Positions 12,491 to 29,456 of a DNA stretch of 64,000 bases are shown one piece after another. The stretch lies in NCBI RefSeq assembly GCF_009914755.1, contig NC_060930.1, one strand, 5' to 3'. A program made the position numbers and the translations under genes. How positions within the stretch are numbered: position 1 is the stretch's first letter; the number at the start of each line of letters is the position of its first letter. The stretch is from the human T2T-CHM13v2.0 reference genome, Homo sapiens. Under the pieces are notes generated by a model. That model searched no databases. It was given only the letters and a program-made list of their open reading frames with translations, and was not told the DNA's origin.

Positions 12491-13699
12491 TTACACAAAA
12501 ATAAGACAACCTCTTTTCTAATTTAGCTGAAGGTTAACCCCCCTGTGGTGAACTGAACCACTTCTAATTTCATTAGCTTATCTTGTTTGAATTGTGTGTA
12601 ATAGTTTATTTCTAGACTGCCTGGGGCACTGCCGTTCTATCCATAGAGTCGCAGAATCACAGCATTTCCAAGTTGGAAATGATATTTGAGATCACACAGG
12701 CCAACTCCTCCATTGTACAGATGATGACACTGAGGCCTGGAGCTTTGATGACAGTTCAAGGTCACTCTTCTCTCACGGTAGGGCAAGAATTAAAATACCT
12801 CTGCTGCCTTGTAGTCTAAATTACTTTCTACTTCCCAAAGATTCAGGAATCTGTGACCTAATGTCACTGCTATTTTTGTACTAAAGATAATACATGCCAG
12901 AGACAAATGTCTGAAAATTCCATATTTGGGTCAACAGTTTTCATCCAATTGTCCCATTCTCCTCTGCCTACTTAATAATGGTTTTTCTATTTGCTTCCAT
13001 GACCCATTCACCCTTGGATATTTTTTACTGCCTTTTATTCTCATTCCATCATAAAAGTATCTCCCATCCATTTCTCAATGTGTCTTCTGTCTTAATGTGT
13101 CTGACAGCATCTATTCCTGGCCATCCTGTGACCTGAGAGGCCCCAGTGCCTCCTCTAGACAGTAGCATGCACCAGGAGGGTATGTGACATCCACTTTTAT
13201 AGTTATTTGACGAAGGGCTGAGTTGAGAGGATAAGAATAACGATTACACATTCTTCATTAAGTTTTATTATTCATTTACTAAGGACAACGTTGAAATAAA
13301 GTCTCCTAGGTTAGGAATTGCTCATGGCTGAACCCTTGGCCTCACCCTTTTGAAGCTTCCTTTTCCAGCATTCACAGATGGATTCAATTTTCCACCTCGG
13401 TGACTAATCATATACAATATGGGAAAGCAAGCACAGGCTAACTAAAGAGAGATCCGAGGGCTTGAAGCTCTAAAATCTTCCTTTGTTTGGCCCCTCTGCC
13501 AACAACTCCAACGGGCTGGACCAACCCCTAGAGCCCTGTAAGGACAGAGAGAATACTTCTGTCTCTGTAGGCAGGACCCTAAGAGCAAGCTAGGCATTGC
13601 TTTGGATGATTCCTATATATCCCACAGCTGTGTCATTTTATTTGTTTTGAAGTTTCAAAGAAGGCACAATGAACTCAGCAAACAGAGTGAGGATGGTAG

Positions 13700-15250
13700 G
13701 AGTGGGCGTCGGGGTAGAAAAAGGGGCTCAAGAGAGACTTTCAGAAGGAGCTGAGTCTGGAAAAAGGCACAGGCACTAGCCAGACAGAGAGGGCTTGGGG
13801 CACTCCAGGCAGAAGCAGCCCAGTGGGCAGCCCTGGAAGCAGGAAACGGCCTGGGGGGATTAGAGTCCTACACTTGGTGTGGTGGAGCTAAAACACATGC
13901 ACGAGGCTGGGAGTGAGGAGGACGAGGCTGGACCGGCAGGCGCAGGCTGGACCTGCAAGGTCTCTATCTACCATGTTAAGCAACTCAAGCCTGTAGGGCA
14001 GAAGGTCTTAATCCAGTGTCCAGAAGGGAGTTCTCTGAAGCCCTTGCAGTTGTCTTCAAAATATCTGTATGTCTTTCATAAACTTTTCAAAGACATACAT
14101 GACCCCCAACAACCTGCCATAGAGGTTGAGAAGCCGTGTCTTCTCAGGCTGATCTCTGTAGTGACCATGTGGAGAGCAGGTTCCAGGGGAGAAAGACTGG
14201 GGGCAGGACACTGGCAGGGGAGAAGGGACAATGCTGGTGCAGAGGAGCTGGCAGGGCTGGAGAGCAGTGACGCAGATTCATGAGAGTTAGCAGGTTACAG
14301 TAGGAGAGTAGGGAGGTCGACTGGAGGGGAAAATGGGAGACAGGGAAGAATCTGGCCAGATCCCTGGATTTCTAGCCTGGAGAGGCACATGATGGTGCCA
14401 CCCCATGAAGGAGAGATTGCAGGGAGCAGAAACTGCTCAGGAGGGATGGCCATGGATTTAGACTGTTTCTAAGCTTCCTGTGGGAAAGATGCTCAGAGAT
14501 GATTAAAAATGTGTCCGAAGATTGTGCGGTGGTCAGGGGTAGAGACAGAAATAACCATTAACATGCATTTAGGTATAGGTTGAAATGAGGACCAAAATGG
14601 GATCATCTAAGAGGAAAATGTGGCAGGAGAGAGACGGGTAGGAGACGGGAGCCTTAGATACACCAGCGATTAGAGTGGAAAGATGAGCTCGTGAGGAAGA
14701 TGGAGGAAGAAATGGCTTGTGGGGTGGAAGGCAGACAACAAGGATGCGATATTGCTGACTGTTGAGAAGGAAAGAGTCATCATGTCAAATGCTGCTTGGA
14801 AATCAATCCAGTAAGATAAGACTACAAACTCTTCACTGGACTTTGCATGTGGAAAGTGACAGGTTGCCTTAGCCAAAACAACTCTACCATCTTAATGCAG
14901 GTGGAAGAAAGAGGGCGATGGGTTTAAAAGGGTTATAGAGTAATAAGGAAGAGACAGAGAGGTGGCCAGATATCATGCAGAATCCAGGGAGACTGTTTGT
15001 GTTTTCTACCTAGAAGAGATGAGAGCATATTGTAGCCTGAGAGAGATGGTCCGAAGAGGGGGGAGGGGCAAATGCAGGAGAGAAGGGTAAAGGCTGAGGA
15101 GACAAAGCCTCTGAGGAGGAAGGTATGCTTGGAACATGGGTCAGTTTTCTATGGGAACTGGGGAGTTTTAGAACCAGATAGAGCTTTAAAAGAAAGCCAT
15201 CCAAGCCCTGCAATTGAGGGATGGATGGATGCAGCTAAGGTGCAGTAAAG
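13700..15250. mobile_element. Fragmented L2
   Basis: Purine-rich diverged L2 motifs (e.g. atgtcaaatgctgct...aatccagtaagataagact...tcactggactttgca). Confidence 0.55.
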
Positions 15251-16376
15251 ACCTCGACTTCCCTACACCACGGAGAAGGGTGGTGGCAAAGAGAGCTCAT
15301 CATCCTCCAGGAGAGAGCTGCTGTTCTGGTTCTGCTCCTTGCACTTTTGAAAATAAGCATCTGAGATGCTGGTGGCGGGTTTCACGTGGTCTGGGGCTGG
15401 CTGATAACCATATACTTCTGCATCCAACGCTGAGTTATCCATGGCTCATGATCAGCGCCCAGAGAACATGTCCAGCGATGTCTGCCAGAGGTCAGCCTCA
15501 TAATTTGTGTGGTTTTATTTCTCTGTCATTGGCCTGGAACAGGCATGGAGGATCCCTGCAGTTAGTGTGGTAGATGCTGCTGCATGAAGCAGGGGAGCGG
15601 GCACCTTGGGAAAGAGATTTAGAATTCTGGCACCTCAACGAATTAGACAAATCGTTCAAAGTGGGGCAAAAACCTGAAATTCTCCATGAATGAGGTTTAA
15701 ATTATCATCACATATGCACAGAGGATAAAGATTAAAAAGGTATAGCTCAGCAGGAAGAAATGCAACCATGAGAACACAGCTCTTTCAAAAGCCAAAAAAT
15801 CATGTTTCCATTACTATCAGTTTTGGTCTCATAATTCCTATAGTATTAAATCTAACTTAGATCTTCACATGTTTAAAAAGCTCCAAGAAAACAAGTCAGA
15901 AAAAAGAAAAAGGTGAGAGGGGATGGAAAATATCTCCTCCATAGAAAACATAAAGAATTATAGGAAAAAAAGCTTGAGAACTACCGTGACCATCCCAAAT
16001 AATTTTAGAAAAAGGCATAGTGCAAATATATACATATATATATTTTTAAATATGCTTAAAGTACTGTTTTACAGTTACTCAAAGAGTAAGTATTAATGCC
16101 ATCTTTTTCTTCACTTTTTAAAAGAATCAATAAGAGAAAAAAAGCCAAGTAGAAGTTGGTTAATCTAGAAAGAAATATCTGGTGTTGGGATGTAGATCAG
16201 TGCCATCATTATGCAAAACAATATGGAAGCTCCCCCCAAAATTAAAAATAGAATGACTACATGACCCAGCAATCCACTTCTGTGTATACACTCAAAAAAA
16301 TAAAATCAGCTCCCTCATAGAGCTATTTGCACACCATGTTCATTGCAGCATTATTCACTACAATAGTTAAGATATG

Positions 16377-16684
16377 TGTCTTAGTCTGTTTTGTGCTGCT
16401 GTAACAATACCTGAGCCTGGGTAATTTACAAAGAACAGAGATTTATTTTCTCACAGTTCTAGAGGCTGGGAAGTCCAGGATCAAGACACAAGCATCTGAC
16501 AATGGCCTTCTTGCTGCATCATTATGTGGTGGAAGGCAGAAGGGCAAACAGAGAGGAGAAGGCAAAACTAGCCCTTTTATAAGGATATTAATCACTTCTC
16601 AAAGGTCCCACCTCTTAATATTGCTACAGTGGCCATTAAATTTCAACATCAGTTTTGGAGGGAACAAGTACTCAGACCATAGCA
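16377..16684 (-). mobile_element. MaLR solo LTR (MST/MLT1A-like)
   Basis: tgtcttagtctgttttgtgctgctgtaaca...tctcacagttctagaggctgggaagtcc...cagaccatagca with TG..CA ends. Confidence 0.8.
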
Positions 16685-17122
16685 GTGTTAAAATAACCAA
16701 AGAGTCTGTTGGCAGAGGAATGAATAAAGAAATTGTGGTATATACTCAAGGGAATATCACACAATCTTTCAAAAGGAGACCCTGCCATTTGCAATAGCAT
16801 GGATGAAACTAGAGGGCATTATGTTCATTAAAATAAGCCAGACAGAAAGAAAAATACTGCATAATTTCACATTTATGCTTAATTGAAAAAAATCACATAC
16901 AGTACATGGAAACAGATAAAAAATAGTTATCAGAGGCACAGGGAAATAGAATGGTGTAGGGCAAAAGGTACAAAGCTGCAGTTATGTGGGATGAATAAGT
17001 CTAAGAGATCTAGTGTATGATATGAAGCCTATACTTAATAATATAGTATTTTATACTGGTCATTTGCCAAGAGAGTAGTGTTTAGATACTCTTACCCCCC
17101 CCCCACACACACACACAAAGAG

Positions 17123-17409
17123 GGCCAGACACGGTGGCTCATGCCTGTAATCTCAGCACTTTGGGAGGCCGAGGTGGGCAGATCACAAGGTCAGGAGATC
17201 AAGACCATTCTGGCTAACACGGTGAAACCCCGTCTTTACTAAAAAATATATATATAAAAAATTAGCCAGGAGTGGCAGCAGGCACCTGTAGTCCCAGCTA
17301 CTCAGGAGGCTGAGGCAGGAGAATGGCGTGAACCCAGGGGGCAGAGCTTGCAGTGAGCAGAGATCACACCACTGCACTCCAGCCTGGGTGACAGAGCGAG
17401 ACTCCATCT

Positions 17410-17430
<21 letters not shown>
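17123..17430 (+). mobile_element. AluY
   Basis: ggctaacacggtgaaacccc, gaatggcgtgaacc, gagcttgcagtgagc, poly(A). Confidence 0.93.
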
Positions 17431-17440
<10 letters not shown>

Positions 17441-17532
17441 GAAAGGTAACTATATAAGATGATGGATATGCCAATTTGCTTGACTACAGTAATAACATCA
17501 CTATGTAAATGTGTATCAAAATAAGTATATCA

Positions 17533-17820
<288 letters not shown>

Positions 17821-18108
17821 AAGGAAAGGAAAGGAAAAAGGAAAGGAAAGGAAAGGACAGGAAAAAGGAAAGGAAAGGGAAGAGAAGGAAGGGAAGGGAA
17901 GGGAAAAAGAAAAGAAAGAAAGAGAAAGAAAGAAAGAAAGAAGAGAGAGAGAAAGGAAGAAAGAAAGAAAGAAAGAAAAGAAAGAAAGAAAGAAAGAGAA
18001 AGAAAGAAAGGAGGGAGGGAGGGAGAGAGGGAGGGAGGGAGGGGAGAAAGAGAGGAAGGAAGGAAGGAGGGAGGGAGGAAGGAAGGAAGGAAGGAAAAAG
18101 AAAAAAGG
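17821..18108 (+). repeat. GA-rich polypurine microsatellite from the Alu tail
   Basis: (GGAAA)n/(GAAA)n/(GGGA)n/(GGAA)n. Confidence 0.95.
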
Positions 18109-21100
18109 TATACCAAAATATCATGTTGTATACCATAAATATACACAATTTTTAAGGTACTTAATTTATTGAATGAAAAAGTCTGATGGCTTTAATTTTT
18201 AGCGAAATCTAAAAAGGACTATCAAGAGAGGTTATAGAGTTTCTCTCCCTAGAAACTGTTAAAAATGAAAGTACTGCCGTAAATTCACAGCTGAAGAACA
18301 ATTTGATTATGTCTCAAAAGATTTAAAAGTGTTCATAACCTTTAACCCAAAATTCCATTCATGGGATTTATCATAAAGCCTGAGATATAATTTCAGCTTC
18401 TTTGTTTAATGGTTCTGTGGCATTGGATCTCTCTGAGCCTGATGGAATTCTTGATCCATTAAATAGGCTAGTAATATCAAATCACAAGTTATATTAAGAA
18501 GTAATCAAAATAATATATGCCATATGTTTAGCATAATAACTAAAAAATAATGTGCTTACCAAATAATAATTGTTTACATGGCTATGCTTGTAAGTGTTCA
18601 TTTAATTATATAAAACTGGAAAATAATATTAGTACAACTACAAGTAATTAAATATCTATCAGTATATCCAAACTATAATAACTGCTCAACTACTAAAATA
18701 ATGTCAGAAAATATTTACAAAATAGGAAAAGTTTACAATATATTTTTCTGTGCATTCTAATACTATCCTTATATGTGTAAACTTATAATTTTATCTTAAA
18801 ATACAACAAAATTTTCTCAAAAGTTATTTCAGGGGTAGATTAACAAGTGAATTTTTTATTTTTATATTTTTCTATATTTTCTTAATTATGTACAATAAAT
18901 GTATTACTTTGATAATCAAAAATTATAAATTAAATGTTCTATTTAAAATTTAAGCTTAGCAAATTATCTGGCTTTCATATTATTATTAAATTAGCATGAC
19001 TATTTTAAAATTCCCTAAATATTGTTCAAAATAATCTTTGGGAAGAGGCTCAAGTTAGCTTCAGAAAATGATTTCTGGAAGAGCTAGCCTCAGAAGCAGT
19101 TTATAAAGGTTGCAAATGAGCTCTATCTGCTGATAGAAAGCTGGTAACAACAGTGTCCACATGTGTGTTACCAGCAGCACTTCCCAGAGGCGTCACCCTT
19201 GTGGTGGGCATGGTTATAGACCCCTGTGAGTTCCTCATGGAAAGCTCTGGACCCTCTTTCCAGAAAATACACATTGCCATATACACATAGAATGTGGGTA
19301 TTTGTTTTGGAGGTTGCAAGGACCCCCTGCCATTAAGGCCTCCACTAGTATCTCTTAGGAGACATGCCGATGAGAAAGAGCTGCTTCCCTCTGACTTAAG
19401 AGTGAAGGGGAAAGTCGCTCCCTTTCTATTTCAGAGAAGCCAGGAGCTTGGTGTAAAGTTGCTAAATGAGCAGCCTCTTCTCTTCCTTTACCTTTGCATG
19501 ACAGGGAGAAAGAACGAAGAGTCATAGCAGAGTGAGCTGAACCTCTTAGACGACCTGTTACATTAAAGATACTGATTAAGATTAGCTTGAATAATCTAAG
19601 CATAGTGAATAAATCTCCTATCCCTGATTTGGGGGACAGGAGTCACAGGTAATTGCAGGTCCCATATCTATAGACTAAGACCAATTGAATTTTTGCTCTG
19701 AGATCAAGTATTAGAGCAGTTTTAGATTCAGTTGCTTTAAACGATTATTGGTTTTTAGTGAAATCAAAACAGAAGCTAGCAGAATTAGGAGTTTATTTCT
19801 TTTAAAAGCTTACTCCTTAAGATTACTACTTAACTTTGGATTTTTAAAAAATACTGTAAATGTTTCAATACATATAGTTTTAAATATGTGGGTTTCATGC
19901 AAGTAGGGGTTGGAAAATTCACTGCCGGATGTAGGTCTGAGGATATGCGTTCCTCTTGGTGTCAGAACGCCCCAGGGGGCTTTGAGGGCTGCTGCCCCTG
20001 GAGGCGAAGTTCCAGCACTGCAAGGAAAGGGCGCCCATTGCGGGGACGCAGGGACTGCAGCTTCAAGTTCCGAAGGGACACATTCAAAGTTAAGTGATGG
20101 CAGACGTGCCACATTGCTTTAGACATTCATCTTTATGAAGCTTTACGCGAGCCTATCACATGTCCACGCTGTGTTCCTGAGCCTATCTCTTCATCTTGGA
20201 GGGGTTCGTTGGCTGGCACAGCAGCCTGATGAGCAGCCAGCACAGCGGAGCCCCATCTAGATCATTCCATGAAAGAGATTGAAGGGAGACATTTCCAAGG
20301 AATGTGGTGGAAAAATGCCACACAACCAAGTTGCCAAAGAAATACGAAACACAAGACAAAGCCTAAAGAGGCAAGAAGTGGAGTGGATGATCCTCTGCTC
20401 TGGCACTAAGTTCTCTCTGATTTTCCACCCACTGCCCACTTGACCTCACCCCCATGCAGCTCCAGACGCAGCTCCCGGTTTGCCTACCTTGAGGGCATCC
20501 TGATCTGAATTCATGACTTCACACACTGCCCATCCAAGATAAGGCATGAACGAGGTCTCTGGCCTCAGGCCTCCTTGGGTCAAGGGAGTTAACTAAAGGG
20601 CAGTAGAGGGTCCATTCCGAACCTAAACTATGGAGTAGTGTGGCTGAGGTCCGTGATCAGAACCATGACCCCAGCCAATGGGAGGCCTGGAAGAGTTCAG
20701 TGGGAGGGCAGAGACGTGCAAGGTCAGGCAGGCTAAGGCAAAGGTGCCCACATCAAGGAAACTCAGAGGAAGTCCAGCAGCCCTGCTCAGGGTCAGAACT
20801 CAGTCGGCAGAGGGCTGGCACCCAGCCTGGTCAGGAGGGTTCCTCGTAAGGAAATACTTCTTTCTATAGGGTGTACAATAAGGGCAGTGATGACAGCTGC
20901 AGCATATTGCCTTTACAGCACACTTGGCAGATGGCAAGGATACTGTAAATCAATCCAGAACTCAAGGTGAAAATGGCTGAGCAGGCAGCCTTGCCTGCCA
21001 GACAAGGAGGAATAGAACATCAAACGAGGTTGATCTGGAGTTGGCATTGAATGTGAAGAGTTCTCAGGACAACCCATAACAAAGGCTGAGAGACAGGAAT

Positions 21101-21144
21101 GGAAACATGGAAGGCTCTGGGGAACTCCTTCCCCAACCCTTTAA

Positions 21145-21360
21145 CAATAATAATAGCTCCTGTTTATTCAGGGTTTACTCTATGAGCTTTGCATGGATAA
21201 TCTCATAATCCCCACAAGAAGAGAGGTTCATTGTGATTTCCATTTTAAAGGTGAAGAAGCCAAGTCTCAGAGAGTAGTCTGCGGTAACTTTTCTAGCAAG
21301 AGGAGGAATTGGTATCTGAACCCAGGCAGCCAGATTCTGGGGCTGGATGCTTTGAATAAC
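21145..21360 (-). mobile_element. MIR
   Basis: aataataatagctc...tctcataatcccacaag...cattttaaaggtgaagaagc...tctgaacccaggcagcc. Confidence 0.75.
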
Positions 21361-22744
21361 CACACCACCCCCTTTGTGGGTCCTCCCCATCACCTCCTCT
21401 CCATGTTCGTCTCTTCTAAAGTGTGCTGCTTGCCTTGGAGAAGCAATGTCCAGTGTATGGTGAAACCTGGTGCCTGCTTCTCCATGCTTCCCAAACGCTG
21501 ACACTTGGGGCATCCCAGCCCCGGGGAGCTGATCCTGTCTTGCTCAGGCTGACATCAGAGGGCTGAGAAAGAGGTAAGCCACATATTATGACAGGCATCC
21601 AAAGAAGGGCAGAATTAGAGTCAAGTTCTCTTTTGTTTGTTTGTTTTTAAAACGAAGAGCAAATTGAAGGGTGCATAATGGGAATACAGTGATTCTGAAT
21701 CCACACAAACTGAACGACCTTAAACTTACCTACAGCTCAGCATTTTCTAATGGGCCAATATCAGCTATTCTGATGGCTTGCTCTATCACCCAACGGTACA
21801 AAATCAGTGTTTCTGGTGGTTTTCTCTGTCGTGAGGGATGCTCAATAAGCCAAAGAAAGGCCTCTGGGCTACCTGCTTCAGACAAGTCTTACGGTACTGA
21901 ATCAGCACCGTGTTGTATTACAGAACTGAATGATCAGTCCCACCATCCGGGGTTCTGTTATGAGGATCATTGCAACACAAGATCAAAGCCAAGCACTAAT
22001 CACCCCCAGCAGTTCATGGCCTTCGGACGCCTCCTCTGGCCAGGTGTGTCTGGCTTTTGCCTTCCTCTGAAGATTCTCATTCTCACGGGACCACTGTGCA
22101 GAACCCAAGGTGTGACGGAGGAGATTGTCAAAGTACCTGAAAACTTCTCAAATGAACCAAAACAAAAATCACAGAACCTTCTCCTAATCCACTCAAAAGG
22201 GAGTAAGTGAGGCAAAGCATCTCAGGTAGAGAGAAAACAGTGTCATAGAAGAGCAAACAAAAGGAAATTTGCCATGGGTGTTAATCTGTAGTAAGAGGAC
22301 CTGAACGTTTGTCATGGTTGTTTCAGGAAGATACAGAAAAGGAGGCTGTGAGGAAGGGACTGGTGGGTGATTTTTTTGTGGTGTCTCTTTCAAGTCCACC
22401 CGTGCATTAGGAGACAGAATCCAAGATGCCTGCCTTGGCTGTGGTGCTTATTCCTGCCTCTCAGTAGCAGATGAACCCCTTAGTCCCTGAAGAAATAGAC
22501 CAACCTCAGTGTTCACTCATGGACTAAACACAACATCAAACTAAGTAGGAACAATCCCATAGCTCAGGCTCTGCAAGATTCAATACACAAGTCACTTCAG
22601 ACAACTTCAGTTGCACCAAATGCTCCTCTGCTTCAGAGCATTCACTCAGCAGTGTATCCCTCTTCAGCAAGGCAGGAATTGCCCACGTCTGCCACCTTCC
22701 AGACAAGTCTGAGGCAGCTGATGGAGCTGCTTGCTGAGACCCAT

Positions 22745-23132
22745 TGCTGTGATTCGGGTGTCTGTCCTCTCCAAATCTCATGTTGAAATGTGACCTGCAA
22801 TGTTGGAGGTAAGGCCTGGTGGGAGGCGTATGGCTCATAGGTACAAATCCTTACTAATTGTTCGGTGCTATCCTCACGATAGTGAGTGAGTTCCAGTGAG
22901 ATCTGATTGTTAAAAGTGTGTGGCATCTCCCCACTCTCTCTCTCTCGCTCCTGCTCTTGCCATGTGATATGCCCGCTCTCTCTTTGCCTTCTGCCATGAC
23001 TGTAAGCTTCCTGAGGTCCTCACCACAAGCAGATGCAGGAGCCTACAGAACTGAGACAATTAAACCTCTTTTCTTTACAAATTTCACGGTCTCAGGTATT
23101 TCTTTACAGCAACACAAGAACAGCCTAATACA
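22745..23132 (+). mobile_element. MST-family MaLR solo LTR (MSTA/MSTB)
   Basis: tgctgtg...ccaaatctcatgttgaaatgtg...attaaacctcttttctttacaaat...cagcctaataca; 5-bp TSD cccat/ctcat. Confidence 0.88.
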
Positions 23133-23359
23133 CTCATCCTCTCTCATCTTCCCAGAGCTTCTGCCCTTTCAGTAGTTACTTTGCTGACAATGAGCCAAAG
23201 ACCCAGTAGGAAATGTAGGTTCCCACCGAACATGTCTAGAAGAACAGAACAGTCTTTTAAAAAGAACTTACTATCATGAAACCACTTTCATGTTCTAAAC
23301 GAGTCCACATTGATTGGCAAACACTATGAAATTTGTGTTCCTTTAAAAGTGGAACTCTC

Positions 23360-23800
23360 AGCTACATACTATATGATTTCAATTATATTATATTTTGGAA
23401 AAGGCAAAGCTATGGACACAGGAAAAAGATCCGTGTTTGCCAGAGGTTGAGGGCAGGGAGGAATGAATTGGTGGAGCACAGAGGAATTTTAGGGAAATGA
23501 AACTAGTCTGTATGACACTGCAATGGTGGACGCATGTCATTATACATTTGTCCAAACCCATAGGATGTACAACACCAAGAGTGAACCCTAAAGCACACAA
23601 TGGGCTTTGGGTAATAATGACATCAGTTTAGGCACATCGATTGTTACAAATGGGCCACTCTGGTGTGGGATGGAGATGGTGGGGAGGCTGTGCAGGGGTG
23701 CGGTCAGAAGGGATATGGAAATCTCTGAACCTTTCATAGCATTTTGCTTGCTAAGAATTTCAAAGTGCTCTAAAAAACAAAGTCTCTTAATAAAGAAAAA
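23360..23800 (+). mobile_element. L1MC1-like 3' end
   Basis: ggaaaaggcaaagctatggacacag...gtcattatacatttgtccaaacccataggatgtacaacaccaagagtgaaccctaa, A-rich end. Confidence 0.85.
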
Positions 23801-25074
23801 ACAGAATTTTTCCTGGAATATGCAGTGTAGGGATGAATCTTCTCTATGAGAAAGATCATAAATGAAACATAGTAAGGACTGGACTTCCAGGTGTGCCACG
23901 TGTGTACTCTTGTTGAGCAAATAGCTCATGCCTTCGTTTCTTTATTTACTAAATAAAGTTGTTATCACCTCACCAGCTCATTGCTGTTTCTTCTTATAGG
24001 CAAAAAAATAAAAATAAAAAAGATTGTTATAGCTTTGTAGAAAGTAAATTGTGTTGAAAATCTCAGAAGTAAGCAGCATGTAAAAAGATACTGTTACCCT
24101 GACACATGCAGCCAGACCTAGCTTGTTCTAAGGTCAGAACCATGGACACTATCAAAGAAAATGACTATGACCCAACCAAAATTGCCTTTGGACCCCACAT
24201 TACCCCTATAAAGGGCACAGACTCATAGCTTCCATTCAGAAAAGTTACAATTTCACACAATGATTTGCCTAAGGAAACCCCATGGATGGGATAGAGGAAA
24301 TATAACTAGGTAAACTAATGAATCCTGCCATATAGATACCAGGCAAACCCCATGGGTACAGATATGGGGCATCATGGCCACCACACAATTCCCTCTTGGC
24401 ACCTGCCACTGGCTGCATTTAGCTGCTTGTGTTCCGATTAATCTCATTTCTATATTAGCCCTTGAATTATCCACCTACCCCTTCTCCTTTGCTCTTCTTG
24501 GTCAAGCAGATCTGCTCTAAGCTACTTTTGACTTGCTCTTGCCCTTCAGAGTGTAGGAGTTTCCATTCTTTCATGTGAATAGGGAGAGTCAGACCCTCTC
24601 ACCCACCAGAATTCTCCCTCACTTCACTCTGAACCTCCTCATGGGCACCCCATGTGAATGAATTGATTTCCTGAAGATGAACAGACTCTCAGCAGAAAAT
24701 GCTGCCCCTGAAATTTGTTAGAAAAAGCAGTTGTTAGGCTTGATCTTCATCAATGTTTTGTTCATGGAAAATGGTTATTTTCCTCTGTGAAGGAAAATGA
24801 ACAATAATCAAAACATACACAAGCACTTAAGCACAGTTTACAGACAAGAAATCTTCGCTTGCACGGAATATGCCAATTAAAGGTAAACATGGGATGATAT
24901 CTCAGTTTAGCAGCATCAATTAATAACTTGAATAGGGAGTTCTCTGAACCTCAGCTGGTTCTGAGAGATGCCCTATAGAAAGAAAAATGAAATTCAATTA
25001 AAATAACTTGATTGTTAGAATTCCATTTATGCTCTTATTGTCCACTTTCAAACTTTCATTGCATGAAATAACCA

Positions 25075-25378
<304 letters not shown>

Positions 25379-25769
25379 AAAATAAGCTTTACTATTCTAT
25401 TCTACTCTTTATAAACTCCTTCAAGGAAGCTTTCTATTCTCCACAGGGCCTAGCACAAATCCTTGCAAATAGTATGAAATGAATAAATTTGATAAACATG
25501 TTAATCAATATCAGTGCAATCAGGAAATCCTTTTGGCAGTAGTAATTTTATGAGATAACAAAGGAACATTTATTCACTTACACTAACAATTTACCATGGC
25601 ACTAAAGTAGACCTCCATTTCACCACTTTGCTAGTAGTTGTGTCTTTTACATATGTCGGAGACTCCAGTGTCTAGCAAGAATATATTTATAACATTCCTA
25701 GGAATTATTTGATAAGTTGTAAGACATGGAGCTGAATTCAACACTAGTTGGGTCATAAATATACATACA

Positions 25770-26200
25770 TGGTCTGGCAGAGAATTATAAGTGCCCCCCA
25801 GTCTCCATGGCCCTCTTCTTCCTGAGAAGTAAGAATCCCATGTTTTAGTTTGGATCTTTGATTCTCCAGCCTTTGTAGAAGGTATAGGTGGGCATGTGAC
25901 TAAGTTTCAGTCAGTGAAGCAAAAATGCTGTGTGTGACTTCTAGAAAACGTCTTTACTAGGAAGGCAAGCCCATCTCCTTCCACCTTCCAGCCATGTAGA
26001 AGAAAGTTTAGGGGCTGAAGCTAGTGGGATGGGACCACAAATTCACCTTGAAAATGAAAGCCACTCATGGTAAAGCAACAGTATGGAAGGCACCAGGATT
26101 ATGGACACCTCGCTGCCACCAAAGTCCAAAAGGCCCTGGACTTCTTTTACATGAGATATCAAAAAATCTCATTGAACCTACTTCAACTCCTATGAGGGGG
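25770..26200 (+). mobile_element. Old MLT1 (J/K-like) LTR remnant
   Basis: ggcatgtgactaagtttcagtcagtga...tgtgtgtgacttctagaaa...tggacttcttttacatgaga. Confidence 0.55.
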
Positions 26201-26220
26201 AAGGAGTTCCTTACATTCCT

Positions 26221-26306
26221 TATTAATGTCAGGGTGAGTTGCTTGGATTAGGCTTGTCTGGGAAGTAAGATAAGCCTAATCCAAGCAACTCACCCTGACA
26301 TTAATA
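26221..26306. repeat. Near-perfect inverted repeat (86-nt hairpin)
   Basis: 26221-26255 tattaatgtcagggtgagttgcttggattaggctt is the exact reverse complement of 26272-26306. Four more pairs (one G-T) close an 8-nt loop. Confidence 0.95.
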
Positions 26307-26822
26307 GCCCTACAGGTATAGTCTTTTTCTCTTTCTTAAAATTTGTGTGGGTACACAGTGTATGTGGGGTACATGAGGTATTTTGATACAGGCATGCAAT
26401 GTGTAATTATCACATCAGGATAAATGGGGTGTCCATCACCTCCAGCATTTATCATTTCTTTGTGTCAGAAACATTCCAATTATGCTCTTCTAGTTATTTT
26501 TAAATGTAAAATATTGTTGACTGTAATTACCCTGTTGCGCTATCAAATACTAGTTCTAGTATTTATTGTAATTATATTTTTGTACCTATTGACCATCCCC
26601 ACTACCATTCCCAGCCTCTGGTAACCATCATTCTACTATCTCCATGAGTTTGATTATTTTAATTTTCAGTTCCCACAAATGAATTAGAAGAGAAGTTTGT
26701 CTTTCTGTGCCTGGCCTATTTCGCTTAACATAATATCCTCCAATTCCATCCATGTTGTTGCAAATGACTATTCTTTTTTATGGTTGAATAGTACTCCATT
26801 GTGTATATGTACCACATTTTTT

Positions 26823-29456
<2,634 letters not shown>

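Noticed and set aside
15463-15483. p53-like site gaacatgtcc-agcgatgtct (another at 53940-53960)
   Set aside because: The second half-site at 15463 lacks the core C, and the other site has two mismatches plus a spacer. Too weak.
21671-22210. 179-aa plus-strand ORF
   Set aside because: Non-ATG start, partly MIR-like sequence, no recognisable protein motif.
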